From: an uncultured Alphaproteobacteria bacterium
Lineage (GTDB): Bacteria > Pseudomonadota > Alphaproteobacteria > Rs-D84
Direction of reading: 5' to 3'
DNA: 64,000 bases
NCBI GenBank assembly: GCA_963931495.1
Contig: OZ007020.1
Location: forward strand, 509,880 to 573,879
Positions 18,689-29,804 of the stretch are shown in pieces. The notes under the pieces are model-generated. The model saw only the letters and a list, made by a program, of their open reading frames with translations, searched no databases and had not been told where the DNA came from. The position numbers were made by a program, and so were the translations under genes. Every line of letters starts with the position of its first letter. Within the stretch, counting starts at the first letter, position 1.

Positions 18689-18874
18689 CCAAAACAGTGC
18701 CCACAGCCATCCAATCCCCGTCCACAGAAACAGCCAACTGCCCAAGCGAACCAGAATCATATCATTTTTACCGCGCCCATTTTGGCGCGCCAGCCATGCC
18801 GGAGCCAAAAATATTGCCATTGTTATCGCAATCGCCAGAATGTATTTCAAAATCAAGATAATATCTATCTGCAT
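18674..18874 (-). CDS. Small hypothetical membrane protein of 66 aa with two predicted transmembrane helices.
   Basis: Two hydrophobic helices. The plus-strand hairpin ggcggggc..gccccgcc at 18880..18912 lies between its start and the downstream end of the eno gene. Confidence 0.35.
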   Translation of the reverse strand: MQIDIILILKYILAIAITMAIFLAPAWLARQNGRGKNDMILVRLGSWLFLWTGIGWLWALFWSSKK

Positions 18875-18915
18875 ATTTTATTGGGGCGGGGCGGTTTTAT
18901 GCCCCGCCGTGTTTG

Positions 18916-20193
<1,278 letters not shown>

Positions 20194-20294
20194 TTAATCC
20201 TAAAAAATATTAACAAATTGTACTTTCATTCTTGTCTTATTTGACGAAGTGTGCAATAATATAATCATAAAACCGATTGGAAGAAAATAAAAAT

Positions 20295-23200
20295 ATGATG
20301 AAAAAAACAATATTTTTTATGCTGTGCATGTCGCCATTGGCGGTTAATGCAGAAATTATCAAAATCCCAGAAAATGATATGTTTGGTGCAGGGCCAACGT
20401 ATACGATGGATGGACTGACGGCGACCGATGATACGTATGTTTTTACATCGGGCACCAGTATCCAGGCCGGCAGTGGCGGAATCACGGCAACTGGGGATTT
20501 CTATGTCGGACGTGACAGTTCTGATCCTGTGACGGGGGGGTATATTTATTTGACATCTGGGGTTAGTGACCTGTTCAATGTACGCAGTGATGGGGATATT
20601 TCAATCGGTGGTTCATTGGTGTTGGATACCGGGTTGTATATTGGTGAAACAACCGGTGGTGGGGATGCGATTTCGTTGGTTTCAATTGGTGGCAATATCA
20701 CGGCAAATGCCGAATTTTCCATAGATGGTACAGATAAATTGTCTGTGGATGGCGCAATCAGCAGTACGGTTGATCTGGACATTGATGTTGGGCAATTGAC
20801 TGTTGGTGGGGCGTTGACGCTGGGGGGGACCAGTGCTATAAATGCGTCCACTGGGATGGATGTTGGTGGAATTACCGCCACAGGGGATAATGCATCAACA
20901 ACAATTATTGTTGGAACGCCGGGCAATGGGGCTGATTTGACAGTGTTTAATCCGGATGCAGATGTTGATACCGGAAATATCCAAAATCTGGCCGGGACAA
21001 TGACGATTAATACCAATGGTGGCAGTATATCGGCCAACAGTATTGAAAATTCTGGGACGGCGATGAACATTACAGCGGGTGATGTTACAGTGGCCGGAAC
21101 AATGAAAAATGATACGGCGGGCACAGATTTAAGTTTAACGTTAAACAGTTTAACCATATCCGGTAAGGATCCAGAAAAGGGTGCATCATTGGTTCTGGCC
21201 GGTGATTTTTACGCATATATTACGGGCGCAACACATCTGGAATATGGTTTTACGTGGGGTGACGATACAAATTACAATCGTGAATTTGTTTTGCATACGG
21301 GTTCGTTATCGTTTGGTGACGATGCCGGGGATGCGTGGACGCGTGTGTTCACAAATGACCTGAACAAATTTGAATTGGTGGTTTCGTCGGGGGGCATTGA
21401 TGTGCCGGTTATCTTTAATGGTCAAAATAATGATATGGCCAATATGACAATTGTGGCCCAGACGATAAATGCGGATTCTGTGACAAATGCCGGTAATCTT
21501 TTAGATATATCAACAAGTGCGGCAAATGGTGGAAATATCGTAATTGGGCCAGATGATGTGTCTGATAACCCAGATACTGTATTAACCGGCGAATCGGGTT
21601 CAACAACCAATGTGGTGTCCAATCAGACATTGGATATTAATGGCAGTGTTTCTAACAGTGGGAACATGACCCTGAATGGTGGTGTTGTTAATATCGTCAG
21701 TGTATCTAATACAAATAATGGTGATTTGGACATCGTTGCACCAACAAACAAGACAGGACAAATAAATATATCTGGGAATGTCACAAATGAATCGGGCACC
21801 ACGGATATCAATGGAAAAAATCTTTCTATTGACGGGATTTTAACAAACACGTCGGGCACGACAACTATCCAGGCGTCTGATAAAGATAACGGCAGTTTGA
21901 CAATCGGAACCATCTTTGCAAATGGCGGAACGTTGAATGTGAATGCGCTGATTGGTTCGGTTAATGTCACCAATGGTATAACAATCGCGGATAATGCGTT
22001 GTTGAATTTGGGGACGGCAACAAATAAGTTGGTTGCCGGTGGTACAATCAGTATCGCTGGGAATTTTACAATGGGGAATACGGTTCCTGGGGGGGGTCAT
22101 GGTGATATGAATGTTTCGGCAATCGCCAATGGATTTGTATTGCAATCGGGCGGTGCGGGAACCGCCGGTACAATCAGTATTGGTGGTGGTGTAAATTTAA
22201 CTTCTGGGGTGCCGGTAACGTTTGATGCAACCAATATCACAATCGGTACGTCGGTCAGTGCAAATGGCACAGGAACGCGTTTGAACTTTGGTACCGACCA
22301 GACATTTGATGTTGCCACCGCGGGCAGTCTGGCGGTCACAGGTGCGATGACGGTTGGTGATGGTGCCATAATTGATATCTATTCGGGAACGACCAGTGTG
22401 GCCAATTTAGATGTTGATGGTAAGTTAATTGTACATGGTAATACGCTGACGACGAAAAACGGATCAATTGATATTGATGGCGGAATTTATTTTGATGGCA
22501 CATCAACAACGCAAAATATTGCGGGAATGATAGTTGATGTTGATGATACAACAGAATTTACACTGGCAACACAAAGCCCAACCAGCGGTGAAATTACAAT
22601 CGGTGGGCCGGTAAAAATTTCCAATGGTAATTCGTTGACGTTGGATGCAGAACAATTTGTTGAAATATCTGGTGATGTGAGTGCGTTGGGAAATCTGGAT
22701 ATTTTGGCAAACGGTTATGTCAATGTTGGTGGCGGTGTTGTCAGTGCGGCTGATTTTACCATTGGTGGACAAAGTACAAATGTCACCAAGATTGATTTTA
22801 CAGGTAACTGGACAAATGCCGGTACGGCACAGTTAAATGCGATAAATTCGGTTAATTTGGCGTCTGTGACGAATAATGTCGGTGGGGATTTGTCTGTGGC
22901 GGCGGCGGAAATTGATACCGGTGCAATCACAAATAATGCAAATATGGCGCTGGATGCGACGGGTAATATTCAAATTGATGGAATTATTGCCAACAAGGCG
23001 GGCGAATTAACAATTGACGCCGAAAATATTAATGCGGGTGCGGTTACAAATGCGGCGATATTGAATGCGGTTGCGCACGGTGGTGAAATTGTTTTGGGGG
23101 CGATAAACAACCAAAGCGGCGCGACATTAACGATTGGTGATGCAACCACGACAGTGATACAGACGGGTGGTATAACAAATGCAGCAAATGCCAGCGCGGC

Positions 23201-26200
23201 GTTGTTGGCGTCGGGCAATATAACTGTTGGTGGTAACATTATTAACAATGGCACGACGTTGGGAATAACGTCCAGTAATGGCAATGTCCAGATGGGCGCG
23301 GTTACGGCCAATGCCGGGACGGTGGCGATTACCGGCCAAGAAATAACGCTTGGTGGTGCGTTGACGATTGCAAAGGGTGCGGCAACAAATATTGATTCGG
23401 CCGATATCACGATAAATGGTGCGGTTGATGTTACAGGTGATGTTATCCAAGGGGCGGGTGCCGACGCATCGCCGGTTGGGGCATTGAATCTGGTGCAATC
23501 GGATATTGATGCCAGCATGACCAGTCTGGTCGCCAGTGGCAATTTTATCGCGAATGCGAATACCACGGGCGTTTACACAATTGCCAATAATGCCGGGTTT
23601 GCCGGTATGAATATCAACGATGGCGCCCAGGTTACCATGAATACCAAGACTGGTGGCGTTGATATAACAAACGGATTAAGTGTTGGTGTTGGTTCAACGT
23701 TGGATATGCAGATTGGTGCCGACTTTTCGGTTCAGGCATTTGATGTTGCCGCCAATGCGGTTGTAAATATGAACGTCGCAACGGATGCGACGATGGCCGC
23801 GCTGACGACGGGTGATGCGTCGCAATTCACGATGGATATCGGGGGCAGTGCAACCATGGCGGATGTGACGGTGGGTGGTGCGTCACAGTTTAATATGGAT
23901 ATTGGCGGCGACACAGAAATGTCTGATTTGTCGGTTTCGGCCGGTGCGGACGCCACGATTGCATCGGTTGGTGCGGCCGAAATGATGAATTTGGATGTTG
24001 TTGGTAATTTGAAATTTACCGGTACAGGTGGGGTCACAATTGGTGGTAATGTAACGAATGCCGGGATTGCAACGGTTAATGGGGCGTATGTTGACGTTAC
24101 TGGAACAGTGACGAATTCTGATATTGGTTCGGTATTAACGTTTAATGCAGACAATGGTATAACGTTAACCAGTGTCACAAATAATGGAACATTGATTTTC
24201 AAAAATGTTGGCGATAACGGCATTACGTTAAATGAATTTACCAATAATGGTAATTTGACGCTGGATTCAGGGGCCGGAATAACAACAATGTATACGGCAT
24301 TTAATCCGGGTATGAATGGCATTGTAACTTTGGATGGTGCCGGACTGTCAACGTTTACGGCAAATGTGGCCCAGCCGACGTATGCATCGTTTACGTTGGG
24401 GTCAATGCTGTACCAGAATCAATTGGATAATTTGCTGGTCAAGGGTGATGTTAACATTACATCGGACAACTATGCCATATCGGCGGCGGATTTTACATCG
24501 CTGGGAATTCAACAGATTTATGGGCAAATGGTTATTAACGCCAGCACAATTGACATTGATGGCAATGTCAGTGCGTACAGCGTTATGAATTCTGATTCTG
24601 ATGTGTACCAAGGTATTATATTTGCCGCCAATCCGGCAACCAAGTGGATGACGGTTGATATTGATGGATTTGTATCAGGTGGTGTGGATTTCATCGGATT
24701 AAAGGATATGAACATAACCGGTGATTATACGTTTGATAATAACAGTCGTATCAGCGCGGCGATATTACAACGCCCGGATGATACCAGTACACCGTCATAT
24801 TGGGCGACCGTCAGTTTGGCAGACGACGAAACATTGGGCCAGATTACAAATGCTGAAAATGCCGAAGCGCTAATTACGGTTGGTGGTGAATTTATTTCGG
24901 ATGTGACCGGGTTTGGGTTGCCATCGGTTGAAACGCCACTGAAAAATGGTCAAATGGGTATTACGTTGTTTGATACGGTTGACCAGGGTTCGGCAATATG
25001 GTTGGTTCATGCGGACGAAGGTATTCGCGAATTAAGCAATAAAATTCGTAATCTGAATGTTAATTTCTGTAACGCCGATGGTACAATGTGCATTAATTAT
25101 TTGGACACGTTGAATAAATATCCGGGGATGAGTGATATGAATGTGTCTGATACAGATTTGCCGGTGTATTTGTCGGTGCGTGATACAGACGAAGACGGTA
25201 TCGCAGACAGTTTGTATATCGTATTTGATCCGCGCTTTGGTGGCCCGGTTGAGGTATTTAAGATCCAGCCGATTGTTGAACGCGCCGATCCGCATACCAC
25301 GGGTGAATATGTTTCGGCGGGCGCAATTGATGATATGATAGAAGGCCAATTGATGGCCACCAAGTGGTACAGTGGTACCGCCATAGAATTAATACCGGAA
25401 ATATTCAAAAATACGAATATGGAAGAAATGGCGAATGAATTGTACGACCGCATGGAATATTACAATATGGACCGCGATGGTGACCCGTTGGCCCGGTTCA
25501 GTCGCCTGTTCCAGGTGCGTGAATTGGAACAAATCGCAGGCAGCATTGCGTTAAATGAACATACGAATTTCCGTTCGTTTGAAGACAGAATGTTGGACGA
25601 ATTCATATGGAATCGTAATCGCAGTTTGAAAAAGGCATGGGCGGATGTTGAATATGGATTGTTCAGTCAAGATGTATCGGACGGTAAACGTGTATATGGC
25701 GACAGATTCAGTGTATCGGCCGGATTTGATTGGCAAGATTCGGAAACACTGATTTTGGGCTTGACGGCACGTGCGTCAAATATGTCCAGTGATAATACCG
25801 ACACTGTGGATTTAAGTTATTCAACAATTGTTAAATCGGGTAATGTTGATGTCAGTGTGTCTGATACCAATATTGGTTTGGGCGGATATCTGATGAAGAC
25901 GTTCGGTGAAAAGACACGTATGTATGGAAATCTGTTCTTTGATATGCATTTGTTTGATATCCAGCGTAATCAGACATTTGTTAATCAAATAGAAGGACGC
26001 GGTGATGCATTCAGTGTAATCAGCGAATGGGGATTGATGCATGATTGGTTGAATCAATACGTTGTTGGGAATGTGTACGCACGTGTTGGGTATAATTCTG
26101 GATTTTCTGTGACGGAACGTTCCGGTGGCCAAGATTATATGGAATTACAATCAAATGATTATTTGGTGTTAACACCGGGATATTCGTTGATTGCGCAAAA

Positions 26201-26480
26201 GCGCATATATACATCGCCATGGTTCCAGGTACGTCCATATTTGTCGGTTGGAATTGAATATGACGTATTGGGGGCGCCGAATTTTGCCGAATATAAATTT
26301 GCCGCGGCCAGTCGGTTTACACAATATGATTTGGATTTGGATCCGTTGTGGGTAAATGGTGGTGGCGGAATTGAATTCTTGTCGGCATCGGGATTTCAAA
26401 TGGGAATTGATTATCGTTACCAGTATAATAACGTAATTCAATTACATAATATCAAGGCGGCGTTGTCGTACAGATTCTGA
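20295..26480 (+). CDS. Giant autotransporter (type Va): a repetitive beta-helical passenger plus a C-terminal beta-barrel.
   Basis: Signal peptide MMKKTIFFMLCMSPLAVNA. About 1700 aa are low-complexity G/T/N/A/V-rich with passenger-like repeats. The C-terminal roughly 300 aa have alternating hydrophobic strands and end in the aromatic ...LSYRF. Confidence 0.82.
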   Translation: MMKKTIFFMLCMSPLAVNAEIIKIPENDMFGAGPTYTMDGLTATDDTYVFTSGTSIQAGSGGITATGDFYVGRDSSDPVTGGYIYLTSGVSDLFNVRSDGDISIGGSLVLDTGLYIGETTGGGDAISLVSIGGNITANAEFSIDGTDKLSVDGAISSTVDLDIDVGQLTVGGALTLGGTSAINASTGMDVGGITATGDNASTTIIVGTPGNGADLTVFNPDADVDTGNIQNLAGTMTINTNGGSISANSIENSGTAMNITAGDVTVAGTMKNDTAGTDLSLTLNSLTISGKDPEKGASLVLAGDFYAYITGATHLEYGFTWGDDTNYNREFVLHTGSLSFGDDAGDAWTRVFTNDLNKFELVVSSGGIDVPVIFNGQNNDMANMTIVAQTINADSVTNAGNLLDISTSAANGGNIVIGPDDVSDNPDTVLTGESGSTTNVVSNQTLDINGSVSNSGNMTLNGGVVNIVSVSNTNNGDLDIVAPTNKTGQINISGNVTNESGTTDINGKNLSIDGILTNTSGTTTIQASDKDNGSLTIGTIFANGGTLNVNALIGSVNVTNGITIADNALLNLGTATNKLVAGGTISIAGNFTMGNTVPGGGHGDMNVSAIANGFVLQSGGAGTAGTISIGGGVNLTSGVPVTFDATNITIGTSVSANGTGTRLNFGTDQTFDVATAGSLAVTGAMTVGDGAIIDIYSGTTSVANLDVDGKLIVHGNTLTTKNGSIDIDGGIYFDGTSTTQNIAGMIVDVDDTTEFTLATQSPTSGEITIGGPVKISNGNSLTLDAEQFVEISGDVSALGNLDILANGYVNVGGGVVSAADFTIGGQSTNVTKIDFTGNWTNAGTAQLNAINSVNLASVTNNVGGDLSVAAAEIDTGAITNNANMALDATGNIQIDGIIANKAGELTIDAENINAGAVTNAAILNAVAHGGEIVLGAINNQSGATLTIGDATTTVIQTGGITNAANASAALLASGNITVGGNIINNGTTLGITSSNGNVQMGAVTANAGTVAITGQEITLGGALTIAKGAATNIDSADITINGAVDVTGDVIQGAGADASPVGALNLVQSDIDASMTSLVASGNFIANANTTGVYTIANNAGFAGMNINDGAQVTMNTKTGGVDITNGLSVGVGSTLDMQIGADFSVQAFDVAANAVVNMNVATDATMAALTTGDASQFTMDIGGSATMADVTVGGASQFNMDIGGDTEMSDLSVSAGADATIASVGAAEMMNLDVVGNLKFTGTGGVTIGGNVTNAGIATVNGAYVDVTGTVTNSDIGSVLTFNADNGITLTSVTNNGTLIFKNVGDNGITLNEFTNNGNLTLDSGAGITTMYTAFNPGMNGIVTLDGAGLSTFTANVAQPTYASFTLGSMLYQNQLDNLLVKGDVNITSDNYAISAADFTSLGIQQIYGQMVINASTIDIDGNVSAYSVMNSDSDVYQGIIFAANPATKWMTVDIDGFVSGGVDFIGLKDMNITGDYTFDNNSRISAAILQRPDDTSTPSYWATVSLADDETLGQITNAENAEALITVGGEFISDVTGFGLPSVETPLKNGQMGITLFDTVDQGSAIWLVHADEGIRELSNKIRNLNVNFCNADGTMCINYLDTLNKYPGMSDMNVSDTDLPVYLSVRDTDEDGIADSLYIVFDPRFGGPVEVFKIQPIVERADPHTTGEYVSAGAIDDMIEGQLMATKWYSGTAIELIPEIFKNTNMEEMANELYDRMEYYNMDRDGDPLARFSRLFQVRELEQIAGSIALNEHTNFRSFEDRMLDEFIWNRNRSLKKAWADVEYGLFSQDVSDGKRVYGDRFSVSAGFDWQDSETLILGLTARASNMSSDNTDTVDLSYSTIVKSGNVDVSVSDTNIGLGGYLMKTFGEKTRMYGNLFFDMHLFDIQRNQTFVNQIEGRGDAFSVISEWGLMHDWLNQYVVGNVYARVGYNSGFSVTERSGGQDYMELQSNDYLVLTPGYSLIAQKRIYTSPWFQVRPYLSVGIEYDVLGAPNFAEYKFAAASRFTQYDLDLDPLWVNGGGGIEFLSASGFQMGIDYRYQYNNVIQLHNIKAALSYRF

Positions 26481-26497
26481 TGTGGTTGGTTAATAAG

Positions 26498-27589
26498 ATG
26501 AAGATAAAGAAATACGCATTATTATGTATTTTGTCGGCTTTGTATGTCCCAGCGGGATGGGCGGCGTTTAATGTAACAGGGCAAAATTGTGAGCTTATGC
26601 AGGCTGTCGCTGGTGCTGCATCTACAGAAGACTATACTGGAATTGTGACTGTTTTGGATTGTGCTAGTAATAGTATTGCGACAGGTTCCTATACAAAAAG
26701 AGGAAACCAAGGTGAATATGGGGCGACGTATAATAAGCAGTATTGTACAGATTGTAAAGAAGGTGATGAACTTGTGACAGAAAGCGTTACAGGGCGAACT
26801 ACGGGTTGTACGCTGACATATACTGTATGCAAACTCATTTGCGATAGGTGTGAGCCCGAGTGTGGGCCATATGGCAATTGGGCAACTGACCCAAATGATA
26901 CAAAGCGCCAGCGGCGACCAAAAACCAGATGTGATTACAGCATATGTTCGTGTGTGGCCGGTGGGTATGATTACCGGTGCAATTCCAATTATTATGGTTC
27001 GGGTACGTCGTGTTCACCGTGCCCGGCGAATTCCACCAGCAGTGCGGGATCAACCAGTTCGGATCAGTGCAAATGCGCCGCCGGGTATTATATGAGTGAT
27101 GGTGCGTGCCAGAAATGCACGGATTTTTCAACCAGTCCGGCCGGTTCCACCAGTGCCAGTGCATGTAAATGTAACGAAAATTATTTTATGGAAGGCGGGA
27201 TATGTCATTCTTGCCCGGCGGGATCCACCAGCCCGGCGGGATCCACCAGTTCGTCGGCCTGTTCATGTCCAAAAGACCAATATAAAAGTGGTGATACATG
27301 TGTCAGTTGTCCGCAAAATGCGGTTACAGACAGTGGTGGGCAAACATCTTTTTCCGCATGTGAATGCACCAGTGGATATTATATGGTATATACAGACGGT
27401 AATAAAACCGGTGGCGCGTGTGAAGCGTGTCCGTCGTCTGGGAATGCAAACGTCAGGGCCCAATCACCCCAGGGTTCAACGGCGGCAACGGCCTGTTATA
27501 TCCCAGCCGGCGGAAGAGGGCAAGGCTTTTCAGATTTATTGGGGAATTTATTTTATTACAATGAAAACTGTTCTTACAGCGAGAATTGA
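26498..27589 (+). CDS. Secreted cysteine-rich protein with ephrin-receptor-like (GCC2/GCC3-type) repeats, a eukaryotic-like domain.
   Basis: It has a signal peptide and 4 to 5 repeats of the form CxxCPxGSTSxxGSTSxxxCxCxxGYY. The track ORF begins at 26480 and overlaps the autotransporter stop as ATGA. Confidence 0.65.
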   Translation: MKIKKYALLCILSALYVPAGWAAFNVTGQNCELMQAVAGAASTEDYTGIVTVLDCASNSIATGSYTKRGNQGEYGATYNKQYCTDCKEGDELVTESVTGRTTGCTLTYTVCKLICDRCEPECGPYGNWATDPNDTKRQRRPKTRCDYSICSCVAGGYDYRCNSNYYGSGTSCSPCPANSTSSAGSTSSDQCKCAAGYYMSDGACQKCTDFSTSPAGSTSASACKCNENYFMEGGICHSCPAGSTSPAGSTSSSACSCPKDQYKSGDTCVSCPQNAVTDSGGQTSFSACECTSGYYMVYTDGNKTGGACEACPSSGNANVRAQSPQGSTAATACYIPAGGRGQGFSDLLGNLFYYNENCSYSEN

Positions 27590-27626
27590 TAGAAAAAAAA
27601 ACGCCATTCTGGCGTTTTTTTTGTGA
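27590..27626. terminator. Bidirectional terminator between the Cys-rich gene (plus) and ssb (minus).
   Basis: A-run, hairpin acgcc-attctg-gcgt, T-run. Confidence 0.7.
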
Positions 27627-27633
27627 TGTTTTA

Positions 27634-28092
27634 TTAAAATGGAATGTCGTCACCAATATCGGCCACAGACATTTCTTCGTGCTGTTGTGGGGCGGCCGGC
27701 GCGCCACCGCCGTATTCAGAACCAGATGCGTCAATGCTTTTTGCCCCAGATAAAATAACCATTTGACCCGCAAATTGATTCAAAACAACTTCGGTTGTAT
27801 AAACATCTATGCCTTGTTGGTTTTGCCATTTACGTGTGCGCAGGGAACCTTCCAGGTATAATTTTGTACCTTTTTGCAACATGCGTTCCGCCACATCAGC
27901 CAGGTTAGAATTGAACACCACAATGCGATGCCATTCGGTTTGTTCCTTTTGTTCACCAGATTGGCGATCGCGCCAACGATCGGATGTTGCCAGTGAAAAA
28001 TTTACAACCTTTTGACCATTTTGCATTGTTCTGACCTGGGGATCTTGGCCAACGTTCCCAACCAGAATTACTTTGTTTATACTGCCTGCCAT
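27634..28092 (-). CDS. ssb: Single-stranded DNA-binding protein.
   Basis: It starts MAGSINKVILVGNVGQDPQVR, has an OB fold and a Gly-rich linker, and ends in the acidic tail DDIPF. The track ORF is longer (to 28155); the real start is at M22. Confidence 0.92.
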   Translation of the reverse strand: MAGSINKVILVGNVGQDPQVRTMQNGQKVVNFSLATSDRWRDRQSGEQKEQTEWHRIVVFNSNLADVAERMLQKGTKLYLEGSLRTRKWQNQQGIDVYTTEVVLNQFAGQMVILSGAKSIDASGSEYGGGAPAAPQQHEEMSVADIGDDIPF

Positions 28093-28285
28093 TGTGTATC
28101 CTTTTAATAATATTCTGTACCCATTATATTTGACCAAAATACACCAGAATTGCAAGTAAAAACCATTTTCTGGTTAACATTTGTTGTCGGACTTGACTTT
28201 TTTGTCAAAAAGGTATATAATTGTGCGTGTAAACATCAAAACGGGTACGAATTCTGTTGCCCATTCCCACAAAAGGATTTTTATT

Positions 28286-29554
28286 ATGCATATTAATGAA
28301 TTAAAGGCTAAATCGCCACAACAGTTGTTGAAAATGGCTGAAGATATGGGGATTGAAAATCCGTCGCAGTTAAATGTACAGCAATTGCGATTTGCAGTTA
28401 TGCGCGTTTATGCCGCAGATAAAAAAATTACATTAATTGGCGATGGGGTCTTGGAACGAATGCAGGATGGATTCGGTTTCCTGCGCGCGCCAGAAAGTAA
28501 TTACCTGGCGGGACCAGATGATTTATATGTCGCACCCGCGTTAATTAAAAAATATGGACTGAAAACCGGTGATTACATAGAAGGACAAATCCAGGCACCA
28601 CAAAATGAATCAGAACGCTATTTCGCGCTGGAAACAATTGAACGCGTTAATGGCGGCGACCCAGATAAATTACGGCACCGGGTGTCTTTTGATGATATGA
28701 CGCCGTTGTACCCAGATGAAATGCTGCGGATGGAGGTCACAGATGATAAAGACAAAGGACGCAGTCTGTCGGCACGGGTAATTGACCTGATTGCCCCAAC
28801 TGGCAAGGGACAACGCAGTCTGATTGTTGCGCCACCGCGTACCGGAAAAACCGTAATGTTGCAAAATATCGCGCATTCAATCGCAACAAATTATCCAGAT
28901 GTTAAGTTGATTGTGTTGCTGATTGATGAACGACCCGAAGAAGTTACGGATATGCAGCGCAGTGTCAAGGGCGAAGTTATTTCTTCAACATTTGATGAAC
29001 CCGCCGCACGTCATATCCAGGTGGCCGAAATGGTCATTGAAAAAGCAAAACGATTGGTGGAAGCCGGCCAAGATGTCGTTATCTTGTTGGATTCTATTAC
29101 TCGTTTGGGGCGCGCGTATAATACTGTGGTGCCGTCCAGTGGTAAAGTGCTGACCGGGGGGGTGGATGCGTATGCGTTGCAACGACCAAAACGATTCTTT
29201 GGCGCCGCCAGAAATATAGAAGGGGGCGGGTCACTGACCATCATTGCAACGGCCTTGGTTGATACAGGGTCCAAAATGGATGAAGTTATTTTTGAAGAAT
29301 TCAAAGGTACTGGTAACAGCGAAATTATTTTGGACAGAAAATTGTCTGACAAGCGCGTATATCCCGCAATTGATATTACCAAGTCTGGGACACGCAAAGA
29401 AGACCTGTTGGTGGGGAAAGATACGTTGGCAAAAATGTATGTGCTGCGCAGAATTATCAACCCAATGGGAACATTGGAAGCAATGGAATTCTTGTTGGAT
29501 AAATTACGCGTGACAAAAACAAATGCAGATTTCTTTGCGTCTATGAACCAGTAA
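28286..29554 (+). CDS. rho: Transcription termination factor Rho.
   Basis: It has the N-terminal RNA-binding domain, Walker [15 protein letters not shown], and Q/R loops. A ribosome-binding site AAGGA precedes the ATG at 28286. Confidence 0.93.
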   Translation: MHINELKAKSPQQLLKMAEDMGIENPSQLNVQQLRFAVMRVYAADKKITLIGDGVLERMQDGFGFLRAPESNYLAGPDDLYVAPALIKKYGLKTGDYIEGQIQAPQNESERYFALETIERVNGGDPDKLRHRVSFDDMTPLYPDEMLRMEVTDDKDKGRSLSARVIDLIAPTGKGQRSLIVAPPRTGKTVMLQNIAHSIATNYPDVKLIVLLIDERPEEVTDMQRSVKGEVISSTFDEPAARHIQVAEMVIEKAKRLVEAGQDVVILLDSITRLGRAYNTVVPSSGKVLTGGVDAYALQRPKRFFGAARNIEGGGSLTIIATALVDTGSKMDEVIFEEFKGTGNSEIILDRKLSDKRVYPAIDITKSGTRKEDLLVGKDTLAKMYVLRRIINPMGTLEAMEFLLDKLRVTKTNADFFASMNQ

Positions 29555-29559
29555 AAAAT

Positions 29560-29600
29560 AGTGATGCACAATAAAAACACCCCGCGCACAAAATACGTGG
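29560..29600 (+). terminator. Rho-independent terminator after rho.
   Basis: Hairpin ccccgcg...cgtgggg followed by tttattta. Confidence 0.55.
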
Positions 29601-29710
29601 GGTTTATTTATAATTTTTGTATTGATAATATAAGCATTTTTTGATAAAATACAATATATAACATATTCAAAAAGTGTGAAGAATTTGGCGTTTTTTATGC
29701 TTTTTGTTGT

Positions 29711-29740
29711 ATAAAAATCATGCTGAATCTAAATGTAGGT
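29711..29740. promoter_or_regulatory. Perfect 12-bp inverted repeat (gctgaatctaaa N6 tttagattcagc) upstream of the 970-aa gene. Candidate operator.
   Basis: The palindrome is perfect. A related half-site, gccgaatctaaac, recurs at 29808, overlapping the start codon. Confidence 0.4.
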
Positions 29741-29804
29741 TTAGATTCAGCAATTTTTTCAACTTAAAAATCCCGCTTTTCTGCATATTTTACTCTCCCT
29801 CTTT

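Noticed and set aside
20241-20265. TTGACG / TATAAT promoter upstream of the autotransporter gene.
   Set aside because: The spacer is only 13 nt, too short for a standard sigma70 promoter.
20546-24322. Multiple long antisense ORFs (for example 20546..21157, 22970..23566 and 23732..24322, all minus) inside the autotransporter gene.
   Set aside because: They are shadow ORFs in a low-complexity, compositionally biased coding region, and are fully contained within the strongly supported autotransporter CDS.
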